A stretch of 30,457 bases of DNA from a virus (IMGVR_UViG_3300027843_000012:1-30457), one strand, 5' to 3'. Shown: positions 17,799-26,265, counted from the first letter of the stretch. The notes: generated from the sequence alone by a model not told the origin. Translations and numbers: made by a program.

Positions 17799-18620
17799 CT
17801 ATTTTTTTCCAAATAATCCTTTTAGGAAGTCATCTTCTTGTTCTGTGACAACTCCTCCATGCTCTCCAGTTTCTTTTACTGGATTTTGTTTAGTGGCTTT
17901 TTCGTTTTGTTTTGCTATTTCTAATTGTTTCATTAGTTCTACATTTTGCCATTGTAAGTATGCTGATATCTTATCATCTGCTATTACAACTTCTTTAGGT
18001 AAATTTGCTAAGTCTACATTTGGGAACCTTTTTACGAATTCCTCGTGCTTAGCAGTCTTTTCCTGTTCTGCTTTGGTTTGTTTTTCCTTAAGTTCCATTT
18101 GATTTATTTTTCTTTCTAATTCATCTGTCTTCTTAAGTTTAGTAATCATATCTTTTACGATATCTTCACTTACTCCGTTTTCTACAAGTTCATTATATCT
18201 TTCTTCATATACTTTCTCACGTTGTTTTTCTTCTTGTTCTTTTACAAGTTTGATAAACTCTTTTGTAGTCAATCCGTTTTCTTCGGCTTTAGTTTTTAAA
18301 TAAGTCATTTCTTCACTTGATGATAATTCATTTAGTTGTTCTTGTACCTTATCATAATTCAAGCCTTTTTGGAAATTGGTGATTATTTCATCTACACTGT
18401 TAATTGTAACAGGTTCGTGATTAAACTTTATCTTTCCAGATAATTCATTTAAAAACGTTGAATAATCAATTTCCTTTACCCCTTCCTCTGTTGTCGCTTT
18501 TGGTGTTGCTTCTTCAGTTTCTTGAGTAGTTGATACTTCTGTTTCTATACCGAAATCAGTAATATCAAGTGCTAGGTCATTTGAAACCTCAACTGGTGTG
18601 TCTAGTGTTTCTTGTTCCAT
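17799..18620 (-). CDS. Capsid scaffolding protein
   Basis: Acidic N-terminus, QKGLNYDK motif, long coiled coil, C-terminal EDDFLKGLF. Immediately upstream of the major capsid gene. Confidence 0.75.
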   Translation of the reverse strand: MEQETLDTPVEVSNDLALDITDFGIETEVSTTQETEEATPKATTEEGVKEIDYSTFLNELSGKIKFNHEPVTINSVDEIITNFQKGLNYDKVQEQLNELSSSEEMTYLKTKAEENGLTTKEFIKLVKEQEEKQREKVYEERYNELVENGVSEDIVKDMITKLKKTDELERKINQMELKEKQTKAEQEKTAKHEEFVKRFPNVDLANLPKEVVIADDKISAYLQWQNVELMKQLEIAKQNEKATKQNPVKETGEHGGVVTEQEDDFLKGLFGKK

Positions 18621-18666
18621 ATTTTATTCTCCTTCTCTACTTTGGTTGGTAGTATGTCTTCTTTAT

Positions 18667-18691
18667 TAAGGTCTAGACTTCAAAGACCTTA
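18667..18691 (-). promoter_or_regulatory. Hairpin in the scaffold-gene leader
   Basis: 8-bp perfect inverted repeat TAAGGTCT/AGACCTTA with a 9-nt loop and no U-tract. Confidence 0.35.
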
Positions 18692-18695
18692 TTTA

Positions 18696-18935
18696 TTATT
18701 TTGCTTCGTTCATTGAAGTTATGATTTCTTCCATTTCTTTAATGTCGGCATCATACCTTTCACAAACTTGTTCTTTTTCAGTTTTATAAGCAGATAATGC
18801 TTCTTCTAGTTTTACTTTATCTCTTACTACTGTATCAAATACTACTTCAACTTTTTCTCCTGTTAAAGTTTCGTATTCTTTAATTCCTTTAATTTCAAAT
18901 TCTGTTCCTTCTAGTTTTTTTGCTATGTATTTCAT
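18696..18935 (-). CDS. Hypothetical protein (79 aa, C-terminal coiled coil)
   Basis: AAGGAG RBS; fits tightly in the operon. Confidence 0.7.
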   Translation of the reverse strand: MKYIAKKLEGTEFEIKGIKEYETLTGEKVEVVFDTVVRDKVKLEEALSAYKTEKEQVCERYDADIKEMEEIITSMNEAK

Positions 18936-18947
18936 TTTGTTCTCCTT

Positions 18948-19601
18948 CTATTTTATATCTCTTATAAATACCCAAGACATTATCTCTTTTAATAATACCT
19001 TATCTGCTTTGATTTGAAGCACTGTATATGGTTTTTCTTTATATCTTAATGGAATTGTTTGACCTGTTGCATATTTACTTGCAGTAAGCCTTATTTTAAC
19101 TTTAGAACCTATGCTAAGTCCTATTACAGGTTTAGTTATTGGTGTTGGTATAACTTTTGGTATTCCAAAGTAAGTATAGAAACTTGTAACAGTTCCACCT
19201 GTTGTTTCTATTCCAAACCATTTATTACCATTATATATACTTATATGAGTTGAGTTTTCATTGATAAAACCTATTCTCTTTATTCCCATATCTTCTGCAG
19301 TTATACAAACTACTCTTGAAGGTATGATTTTATTGTTTATATCGTAGCACTTGATGTCGGCTGCCATTCCTTTTGTATGGTCATCAGTAGAGTACCCACC
19401 CACCTTTATTGAGTGAGCAGGTGTTCTATAACCACTATTGACTGTTATTCTTTTACAATTTAGTTTTGAATATATAGCTTCTAATACTTCTATTAGTTTA
19501 GGTTCTATAAGCATTTCATTACTATATGAACTTGCAAATTCCCAAACTTGAAAGTGTTTAGATAAATATTGTTTTCCTTGTGTCTTTTTGTTATAAGTCA
19601 T
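18948..19601 (-). CDS. Endolysin: peptidase M15A (LAS Zn peptidase) with C-terminal SH3-like cell-wall-binding domain
   Basis: LSKHFQVWEF, VNSGYRT..H...VGG....HTKGMAADI, HI motif. P/T linker, then IGSKVKI...YTVLQI...VLLKEIMSWV. Confidence 0.85.
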   Translation of the reverse strand: MTYNKKTQGKQYLSKHFQVWEFASSYSNEMLIEPKLIEVLEAIYSKLNCKRITVNSGYRTPAHSIKVGGYSTDDHTKGMAADIKCYDINNKIIPSRVVCITAEDMGIKRIGFINENSTHISIYNGNKWFGIETTGGTVTSFYTYFGIPKVIPTPITKPVIGLSIGSKVKIRLTASKYATGQTIPLRYKEKPYTVLQIKADKVLLKEIMSWVFIRDIK

Positions 19602-19759
19602 TATTTCACTTCCTTAGTCTTTGTAAAATAGAACCCAAGTACTAATGTCATTACTGGCATAAATACATCGCTTTTAATATCTCCTGTAAATACTAAGTAA
19701 CTGAATAGTATCATCATCGTTAAAGTTATGATTGATTTTATCTTTAATAGTTCTTTCAT
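19601..19759 (-). CDS. Holin (52 aa, two transmembrane helices)
   Basis: Below the ORF-track cutoff. MKELLKIKSIITLTMMILFSYLVFTGDIKSDVFMPVMTLVLGFYFTKTKEVK; AAGGAG RBS; TAATG coupling to the endolysin start. Confidence 0.75.
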   Translation of the reverse strand: MKELLKIKSIITLTMMILFSYLVFTGDIKSDVFMPVMTLVLGFYFTKTKEVK

Positions 19760-19771
19760 TTTATCTCTCCT

Positions 19772-21466
19772 TTATTGAGGCATAGTTTGTTGTCCTTGTC
19801 CCATTAGTTCCATTACCGCTGCTTCAAATTGGTCATCTGGTAATTGTTTTAATTGTGCTTGTGTTTGTGGGTCTAGTGTTTGGAAGAATGCCATCATCTG
19901 TTCGTATTTCTCGTTGCTTTGTCCTTGCATTTGTCCTTTTATTTCACTTATTAGTTTTTGTTTATCTGGTATTAAACTATCATCTACTCTATCTAGATAT
20001 TGTAAAAATGTTATCATTTGACTAGATAATAAGTTATCTAATGTGTTGTTTGTTGCTATATCACTATAATAACCGCTTGGCCCTATGTCTAGTTTACTAT
20101 TCATATATGTAGTCTTTAATGTATTGAAGTCATATTCTACTATACTTCTTTCTCCATTTTGTTCTACTACTATAGGTCTTATTCCATAGTTATTGATTAT
20201 CATTTCTGCTATAACATCTGTCATTTCTTTTAAGAATGTATAGAAACTTGCTCTTACATTTTCTAATGGAACTGCTGTTGCTTTTTGTACTGCTATAATT
20301 GCTGATGTATTCTCTGGTCTAGCATTACCTAACGCACTATCATTTACTCCTAACATTTCTTGAGTATATGTTTTAATTAGTTCTATTACTGAACTTACAT
20401 TGTTCGCTGGAAGTGCTACTTGTAGATATTTTGCTACATCTTCTATTCTTTGTCCTTGTTCTAGTGATACACCTACTGGTACACCTATTTGAGAAGTCCA
20501 TTGCCCTCCTACTGATTTTTTATCGTATATAAGAGTTGGATAAGCATTTAATGAAGTGTGGTAAGCATACATAGAGAATATTTTATTTAATGCTATCTGG
20601 TTAGGTATTATTCCTGATGTTTCTGCTCTACCATGATAACTATTCTTTATTGTTTCCCAATTTCCAAATGCTATAGGGTATTTCTTTATTCCCATAGGTA
20701 CATCTTTATAGATATATGTTTCTTGTGTTAGTTTAGATACTACTACTTCACCTTTTTTATTCTTTTTGTATAAGTAAATATATAATGCTTTACCTGTGTC
20801 ATCACCTTTGATTTCAAGTTTTCCATTATCTCCTGCCATATATTGGTATTCAGTATCTTCATTTATAGTTTTCTTTGCTTCTTCTTTTAGGTTAGATACT
20901 AAGTCACGACCTACTATGATTATATAAGGTTGTTTCTCTTTATTAGAGCAGTTAGGATTACCAAACATTATGTTTTGTCCATCTATCATCTCTATTTTAA
21001 TTTTACCTTTATATTCTCCATATTGCCCGTTGTATAGACTTTCTCTTGGGTCAAATATAATGTGTGTAGCATAATCTCCTGTATCAAACCCATCTGCTAG
21101 TAAGTCTCTTTGTTTATGTTCTATTCCAAACTCATCTAATACACACTTAACTTCAGTTGATAATATCTCACTTGCTATTATAGTGTCATCCATAGAACCA
21201 TCTTCTTTATATTCAATAGGTTCAAACTTAACAGATATATTAGAACTTGCTATACTCGCTATCTTGAATTGTTTTACTCTCTTTATGATATTGAATACAA
21301 ACTTAGGTATTCCAGTTTCTTTTGAGTTTCTCCATTGGTCTCCATTAGCAAATGCTAAATTAGCATCAATAGTTTCATAATAACCTTTACCATTTATCTT
21401 TAGTGTTTGGTTATAGTCTATTCCAGATTGATACTTACTCCAATCTTTTTGTGTTTCATTATTCAT
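19772..21466 (-). CDS. Portal protein (P22-like)
   Basis: FANGDQW...FVFNIIKR, YPIA..NW, SYHGRAET..IIPNQ..LNK, EMLGVND..LG...ENTSAI. Downstream of terL. Confidence 0.88.
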   Translation of the reverse strand: MNNETQKDWSKYQSGIDYNQTLKINGKGYYETIDANLAFANGDQWRNSKETGIPKFVFNIIKRVKQFKIASIASSNISVKFEPIEYKEDGSMDDTIIASEILSTEVKCVLDEFGIEHKQRDLLADGFDTGDYATHIIFDPRESLYNGQYGEYKGKIKIEMIDGQNIMFGNPNCSNKEKQPYIIIVGRDLVSNLKEEAKKTINEDTEYQYMAGDNGKLEIKGDDTGKALYIYLYKKNKKGEVVVSKLTQETYIYKDVPMGIKKYPIAFGNWETIKNSYHGRAETSGIIPNQIALNKIFSMYAYHTSLNAYPTLIYDKKSVGGQWTSQIGVPVGVSLEQGQRIEDVAKYLQVALPANNVSSVIELIKTYTQEMLGVNDSALGNARPENTSAIIAVQKATAVPLENVRASFYTFLKEMTDVIAEMIINNYGIRPIVVEQNGERSIVEYDFNTLKTTYMNSKLDIGPSGYYSDIATNNTLDNLLSSQMITFLQYLDRVDDSLIPDKQKLISEIKGQMQGQSNEKYEQMMAFFQTLDPQTQAQLKQLPDDQFEAAVMELMGQGQQTMPQ

Positions 21467-21650
21467 TTGTTGGTCCTCCTATTGCTATTGCTTCGTTGTA
21501 TTCCATTATTGCATTTACATCATCATTCTTCTTTTTGTATTTAAGTTCTTGTTCTTTAGTTATCTTGTAGTCTTTTGTCATAGGTCTTATTTTATAACCT
21601 ACTGCAAATCCTATAATCATTGCTACGTTCCATATTATTAAGTATTCCAT
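21459..21650 (-). CDS. Small membrane-anchored protein between terL and portal
   Basis: N-terminal hydrophobic helix (YLIIWNVAMIIGFAVGY); abuts or overlaps both neighbours; GGAGG RBS. Confidence 0.65.
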   Translation of the reverse strand: MEYLIIWNVAMIIGFAVGYKIRPMTKDYKITKEQELKYKKKNDDVNAIMEYNEAIAIGGPTNE

Positions 21651-23129
21651 TTAATAACCTCCATCATAATTTATAAATTCTGGGGTTGCTCTTTCAACTC
21701 CCATTTCTTCAAGTATATTCTTTTGTCTTCTTATTGCATATAATTCAGCATCAGTTACATTTCTCATTGTTGCATCTATTGTCTTTAATCTATTAAGTGC
21801 TTGTGATGTACTATCTACTTCATCATCGTGTGCCATATTGGGAAATCCTACAAGTTCATTAACATAGTCGTTAGTCCATTCTCTTTGTGGTATATATACA
21901 TTACCACTTTCAAATAATGGTGCCACTGCATTTACTCTCGCTATCTTTCCGCCCTCTGGCTTAATTTCTATAATGCTATCCATTTCTAATCTTAACATTG
22001 ATATAATAGCACTACCATTTGCTTTATCTTCTATCAATACACTATTAACAGGATGTTTTAGTCTTATACTTCTTATTGCTTGCATTGTAGTAGGAAAGTC
22101 CATTCGTGCTTTTAATCTATCTATCAAGTAGTAGTTATGATTTAGTTTACCCCACACTTGTATTGCTACATAGTCATTCTTTTCTCCATCTTTAAACGTT
22201 GCGTCTACCGATATACATTTATAAGCCATTTGAGGTAGCGTATCATAATACTTAATCCAGTGTCTTTTAATCATATTACCTTCCATTGCTGTTGGTCTTC
22301 CTTGAAATAACGCATTCCAAGTCATACTTCCTTCTTGTGATGTATATGATGTCTTAAACTCTTTTAACCAAGCATTATCTTTACCTATCTCTGGAAATAA
22401 TGCATCTCCTTGTTGTCTACCTAAGATGTCATTTTCTTCTGCTTCACAAGGTATATTTATATAAGTCCACTTATGAGGTTCATTTGCCATAAGTCTTCCC
22501 GCTAAATCATCTTCACTCCATCGTGTTTGTATTAAGATAACACTACCAGAAGCCGATAAACGAGTGTGTAGAGAGTTTAACCATTCATCCCATAGTTTAT
22601 TCCTATATGTTTCACTATTTGCTTCTTCTCGGTTCTTAATAGGGTCATCTATGATTATAAGGTCTGCTGGTTGTCCTGTGATACCTGCCATTATACCTCT
22701 ACTTATCATTGTACCTTTATGTTCTTCTATTTCAAACTCACTATCACTCATACTTGATTTACTTAATGTTATTCCAAACAATTGTTCGCCATATTGTTCT
22801 ATCTTTTGTTTGTTTCTTCTTCCAAATCTTCTTGCTAAGTCTTCTCCATATGATGCTTCTATAACTCTTTTACTAGGATATTTACCTAAATAATAACTTG
22901 GTAGTGTTTCAGTAACTGTCTGGCTCTTTCCGTGTTGTGGTGGCATTGATATAATTAGTCTTTTAATATCTCCGTTAATTACTTTCTCTATATAGTCACA
23001 TACTAGTTCTAAATGTTTACTTCTTAACCATCTTCCCTCGTGTACGTAATCTACATAGTCTATATAACTTCTTCTTGCTAATTCTTTCTTTGCTTCTCCT
23101 CTTACATATTCAGGTATCATTCTAACCAC
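21651..23129 (-). CDS. terL: Terminase large subunit
   Basis: Walker A MPPQHGKS, Walker B LIIIDDP, motif III IQTRW, LFQGRP, nuclease motifs SVDAT...IEDKANG...HDDEVDSTSQ. Confidence 0.96.
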   Translation of the reverse strand: MVRMIPEYVRGEAKKELARRSYIDYVDYVHEGRWLRSKHLELVCDYIEKVINGDIKRLIISMPPQHGKSQTVTETLPSYYLGKYPSKRVIEASYGEDLARRFGRRNKQKIEQYGEQLFGITLSKSSMSDSEFEIEEHKGTMISRGIMAGITGQPADLIIIDDPIKNREEANSETYRNKLWDEWLNSLHTRLSASGSVILIQTRWSEDDLAGRLMANEPHKWTYINIPCEAEENDILGRQQGDALFPEIGKDNAWLKEFKTSYTSQEGSMTWNALFQGRPTAMEGNMIKRHWIKYYDTLPQMAYKCISVDATFKDGEKNDYVAIQVWGKLNHNYYLIDRLKARMDFPTTMQAIRSIRLKHPVNSVLIEDKANGSAIISMLRLEMDSIIEIKPEGGKIARVNAVAPLFESGNVYIPQREWTNDYVNELVGFPNMAHDDEVDSTSQALNRLKTIDATMRNVTDAELYAIRRQKNILEEMGVERATPEFINYDGGY

Positions 23130-23511
23130 CTGCTAATTTCTTTAATTCCTCTACTGATAGTTTCTTTAAGTTCTCTTGTGTCTTATCTTCTAACTTAACA
23201 TTACTATCAACTTCTGTTTTATCTCTATAGTTAAATTTGTTCTTCATATAGAATATTTTAAATGTATCATTTATCTTTGCATTTATAGTTGCATCCTCTA
23301 ATTTTTGTTGAATTTTCTTATAAGTGTCAAAGTAATATTCCTCTTGATTATAGAATGTTTCTCTTGTTATATCTGCATATACACAAAATCCTGCAATGTT
23401 AGGTAAGTATTCTATTTGTTTGCAGTAGTCTATATAGTTATTAAATGTATCTATGAATTCCTTTTCATCTTTAAAACTTCTAGGATGTCCTTTGCCTCTT
23501 TTTTCTTCCAT
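23122..23511 (-). CDS. terS: Terminase small subunit (P22 gp3-like)
   Basis: GHPRSF...PNIAGFCVYADITRETFYN (HTH)...IFYMKNKFNYRDK; overlaps the terL start. Confidence 0.85.
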   Translation of the reverse strand: MEEKRGKGHPRSFKDEKEFIDTFNNYIDYCKQIEYLPNIAGFCVYADITRETFYNQEEYYFDTYKKIQQKLEDATINAKINDTFKIFYMKNKFNYRDKTEVDSNVKLEDKTQENLKKLSVEELKKLAGG

Positions 23512-23589
23512 TGTTATATCACTTCCTTTTCGTACATATGTTCGTGTATATTTGGTTTTACCTAATTTGCTTTTGTTGTTATATGAGAA

Positions 23590-24290
23590 TTACTTTTTAT
23601 TTCGTTGTGGCGAAATTACTTTTAATTTTTAATAGTTATTCCGTTACAAAGGAATAAGTTTTATCGGTTATTCTTATAAAAGGTCGTATATTCGTGACCT
23701 TTGAGTTGTCGACACTTTGTCGTTATCTTGTTTACTTTGTTCATTGTAAGATAATAAATTCATTATCATTCATAATGCTAGAAACGTATTTCGTGTCCTT
23801 TGACATTTTGCATTACTATATTTCACTTTTCTTGCGTACCAAGATATTTACTATCCTACAATCAGCAAGTAAATGCTGATGCCTAAAACAATAGTTAATT
23901 ATAGTGTCTTTCATAACTACTGGCGGTCTATTGACATTACGTCTCGACTAAACACTACATCGTTTTAAAGGTCTTCTTTTGAGTAGATACAGATTTGCAC
24001 TGTATATGATGGGTTTCATTGAAATTGATTACATCCAATCAATAAGGCTTTCCCTATGTAATTAGGGTTCATCGTGCCTTTTCCGCGTCTAACTATTCCG
24101 CCACTACTCATATTAAGGCGTTATTCTCAGAAATACACCGAAGGCTACGCTACCAAAACTTTAGCTAAGTTTGGAACTTATATCGTTCCTATTAGACTAG
24201 CATCCTAAGTCTGCATATAAAGTCCTCAATAGGCTGAGTATACCTAACAAACATTACTAATCTAATAGCAAGGAATAAATCCTACTTATA
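23590..24290 (-). ncRNA. Putative large structured non-coding RNA (boundaries approximate)
   Basis: Only long ORF-free stretch in a tightly packed operon. At least 12 stems, three candidate pseudoknots, several stems whose G-U pairs work only on the minus strand, a UACG tetraloop and an embedded tRNA-like module. Confidence 0.6.
23980..24110 (-). ncRNA. tRNA-like element (class II fold) lacking a canonical anticodon arm
   Basis: Acceptor UGAGUAG/CUACUCA; U8G9; D-arm GCG-GAAUAGUUAGA-CGC; variable arm AUGA/UCAU; T-arm AUACAG-UGCAAAU-CUGUAU; 131 nt; no encoded CCA. Confidence 0.7.
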
Positions 24291-24402
24291 ATTTTTATTT
24301 AATATACCACCTTTGTACCCCTGCGTTTGTTTTGTGGTATTCCCGCCCCTGTATAGTCCTTATGCTGTGCATTGTTGATTATACCTCTCCTATTTATATA
24401 TT

Positions 24403-24819
24403 CTATTGTTTTTTGTAAATTAGACTTTTTACTTTATATGGACTTTTTTTAAATATTAAAAGGTTGTCCTTTGTACTATCTATTATATAGCCCATTTCCA
24501 TTACTTCTTGTTCTAACCAAGTGTGAAATGCTACCTTCATATAAAATGGGTCATCTTTAATATCTAACATATGTTTATACTCTTTTAAGTATTCTATTAT
24601 TCTTCTTCTTTTGTATTTGTCATCATCACTTAGTATATGTACTCCACTATGTTCTAAATGACAGGCTAGACTTCCGTTTTCTAAGTTAGTTGGTCCGCCA
24701 TTTTTCTTTTCTTCTATGTGGTGCATTGTTAGAGGATTTCTAAATGTTACTGTTCCCCCTAACATACATACTGATAAATACTTTTGTTCTAATTGTTCTC
24801 TTACTTGTGTGTTTGTCAT
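24403..24819 (-). CDS. HNH endonuclease
   Basis: LTMHHIEEKKNGGPTNLENGSLACHLEHSGVH matches the HH-x-GG-x-N-x-H core. Located near the terminase genes. Confidence 0.8.
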   Translation of the reverse strand: MTNTQVREQLEQKYLSVCMLGGTVTFRNPLTMHHIEEKKNGGPTNLENGSLACHLEHSGVHILSDDDKYKRRRIIEYLKEYKHMLDIKDDPFYMKVAFHTWLEQEVMEMGYIIDSTKDNLLIFKKSPYKVKSLIYKKQ

Positions 24820-24820
24820 A

Positions 24821-26134
24821 CTACATCTCCTTAGTTAGTACTTTTTTTTTACTCTCAAAGTTGATATTATACTGAGTTGTCATTCCATATTCTTTATGCC
24901 ATATAAATAGTTCGTGTTTTTGTGTTGCTCCTACAAATCTTTCGTGATAGTGCCAAGCATCTGTTCCTGATGGACTACCAACTCTGCGAGTTATAAGTCC
25001 GCTGTCATCATCTACCACCATTTCTTTATGTAAGTGTCCTAAATGCAATTCTCTAAATGTTGATTTTCCCCATTCTTCATTAAATTCAGTTGATATACTT
25101 TTCATAAGTCTTTTTAAATTAGGGTCGCCATGGTTAGTAAATATTGCACACTTCCCGAATGTATAACATTGTGTTTCTTTATAGTCATTGCTAAAATTTA
25201 TAATCTTGTCGTTATCAAAGTATTGTTGTAATGCACTATATAAGTAAAACTCTGCCATATTACCGTGATTACCTTGTACTAACTTAACATCTATGTTATT
25301 AAATTGTTCTCTTAATGTTATTATCGCTTCTTTATATAGTTTTAATCCCACATTAAACATTTTTTTCCAACGAACATCGTTTTGCTGACTTGTCCCCGCT
25401 GTGGTAGTATTGTTTACTGTATCACTATTGAAGAAGTCATTACCTATATATAATACTGCTCTACTGCATTTTTCTATGTCTTGTTTGTATTTAATCTCTT
25501 GTATTATTTTATAAAATCTATCTTGTGCTATATGTTGGTCATAGTCTTGTCCTGTATCTCCAGACCAAGCTAATTTACCCAAATGTAACTCAATAGCAGG
25601 TATTTCAAATAACTTATCTTCATCTAGTCCTTTTTGTTTTGGTTTAGATAATAGTTTTATTGGTTTAATTGCTTTTGACATTTCTTCTTTAATAATAGCC
25701 ATATATTCTTCTCTACGAAGCTCAGTCTTTAATAAAGGTTTAATTACTGCTCTTATAGTTGTACATACTCTATTGGTTGCTTCATCTTTGATTGCTACTT
25801 CCCATTTACCAAATCTCCAAGATTGTAATGTCCATTCGTTAGGGTCGTATCCAAATTTCTTTAATACGCTTTCTGGTGTCTTTTTCTCGTTTTCATCAAA
25901 CCATACTTCTTTTTGTAGTTCTACACTTCCATTTGCATAGTGCATTTCATATTCTTCTTTAGATACTTCGTTTTGCATTGTTGCTGTATCTTCTTTTAAA
26001 TTGCTATGTCTTTTTCTTAAAGCATTACCTGTTAGATTTAAATTAGTTTGGTTGTTAAAACTCTTTGCTGCTTGTTCCCAAGTTAATGCTCCTGATTTTA
26101 CTTTTTCTCCTAGTTCTTTTATTAGTTCGTACAT
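24821..26134 (-). CDS. Calcineurin-like metallophosphoesterase with N-terminal HTH
   Basis: ELHLG, GNDFFN, GNHG, NHGD and GHLH metal-binding motifs; N-terminal TWEQAAKSFN...TGNALRKR HTH-like segment. Confidence 0.85.
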   Translation of the reverse strand: MYELIKELGEKVKSGALTWEQAAKSFNNQTNLNLTGNALRKRHSNLKEDTATMQNEVSKEEYEMHYANGSVELQKEVWFDENEKKTPESVLKKFGYDPNEWTLQSWRFGKWEVAIKDEATNRVCTTIRAVIKPLLKTELRREEYMAIIKEEMSKAIKPIKLLSKPKQKGLDEDKLFEIPAIELHLGKLAWSGDTGQDYDQHIAQDRFYKIIQEIKYKQDIEKCSRAVLYIGNDFFNSDTVNNTTTAGTSQQNDVRWKKMFNVGLKLYKEAIITLREQFNNIDVKLVQGNHGNMAEFYLYSALQQYFDNDKIINFSNDYKETQCYTFGKCAIFTNHGDPNLKRLMKSISTEFNEEWGKSTFRELHLGHLHKEMVVDDDSGLITRRVGSPSGTDAWHYHERFVGATQKHELFIWHKEYGMTTQYNINFESKKKVLTKEM

Positions 26135-26179
26135 ATTATACCCCTTTTCAAAGCAAGTTATTCCTTATGTTCTACATTT

Positions 26180-26209
26180 ATTATAACATATATTTCAACA
26201 AATTTACAA
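26180..26209 (-). promoter_or_regulatory. Leftward sigma-A-type promoter
   Basis: Minus strand TTGTAA (26209-26204), 18 nt spacer, TATAAT (26185-26180) with extended -10 TGn; ~45 nt upstream of the phosphoesterase ATG. Confidence 0.65.
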
Positions 26210-26236
26210 TTTTACAAAAAACTTTTTCAAAAAGTG

Positions 26237-26265
26237 TTGACAACAAATCACAAAGGTGGTAATAT
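26237..26265 (+). promoter_or_regulatory. Rightward sigma-A-type early promoter
   Basis: TTGACA (26237-26242), 17 nt spacer, TAATAT (26260-26265) with extended -10 TGn; A/T-rich UP-like region upstream. Confidence 0.75.

Noticed and set aside
980-22893. Plus-strand ORFs from the track (e.g. 1436-1876, 4035-4217, 16214-16651, 22564-22893)
   Set aside because: Antisense shadows of well-supported minus-strand genes; L/F/S-rich composition, no RBS and no motifs.
23694-23879. 61-aa plus-strand ORF in the intergenic region
   Set aside because: Opposite to the operon, GTG start without RBS, and overlaps dense RNA-like stems.
23980-24110. Canonical or intron-containing tRNA-Leu
   Set aside because: No 5-bp stem/7-nt anticodon loop, D-loop GG and T-loop UUC are altered, and the insert is too short for a self-splicing intron. 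Kept only as a tRNA-like element.
23512-24402. Hammerhead or HDV-like (theta) ribozyme next to the tRNA-like element
   Set aside because: No CUGANGA...GAAA core on either strand and no recognisable HDV-like fold at the 3' end by eye. A covariance-model search is needed to exclude it fully.
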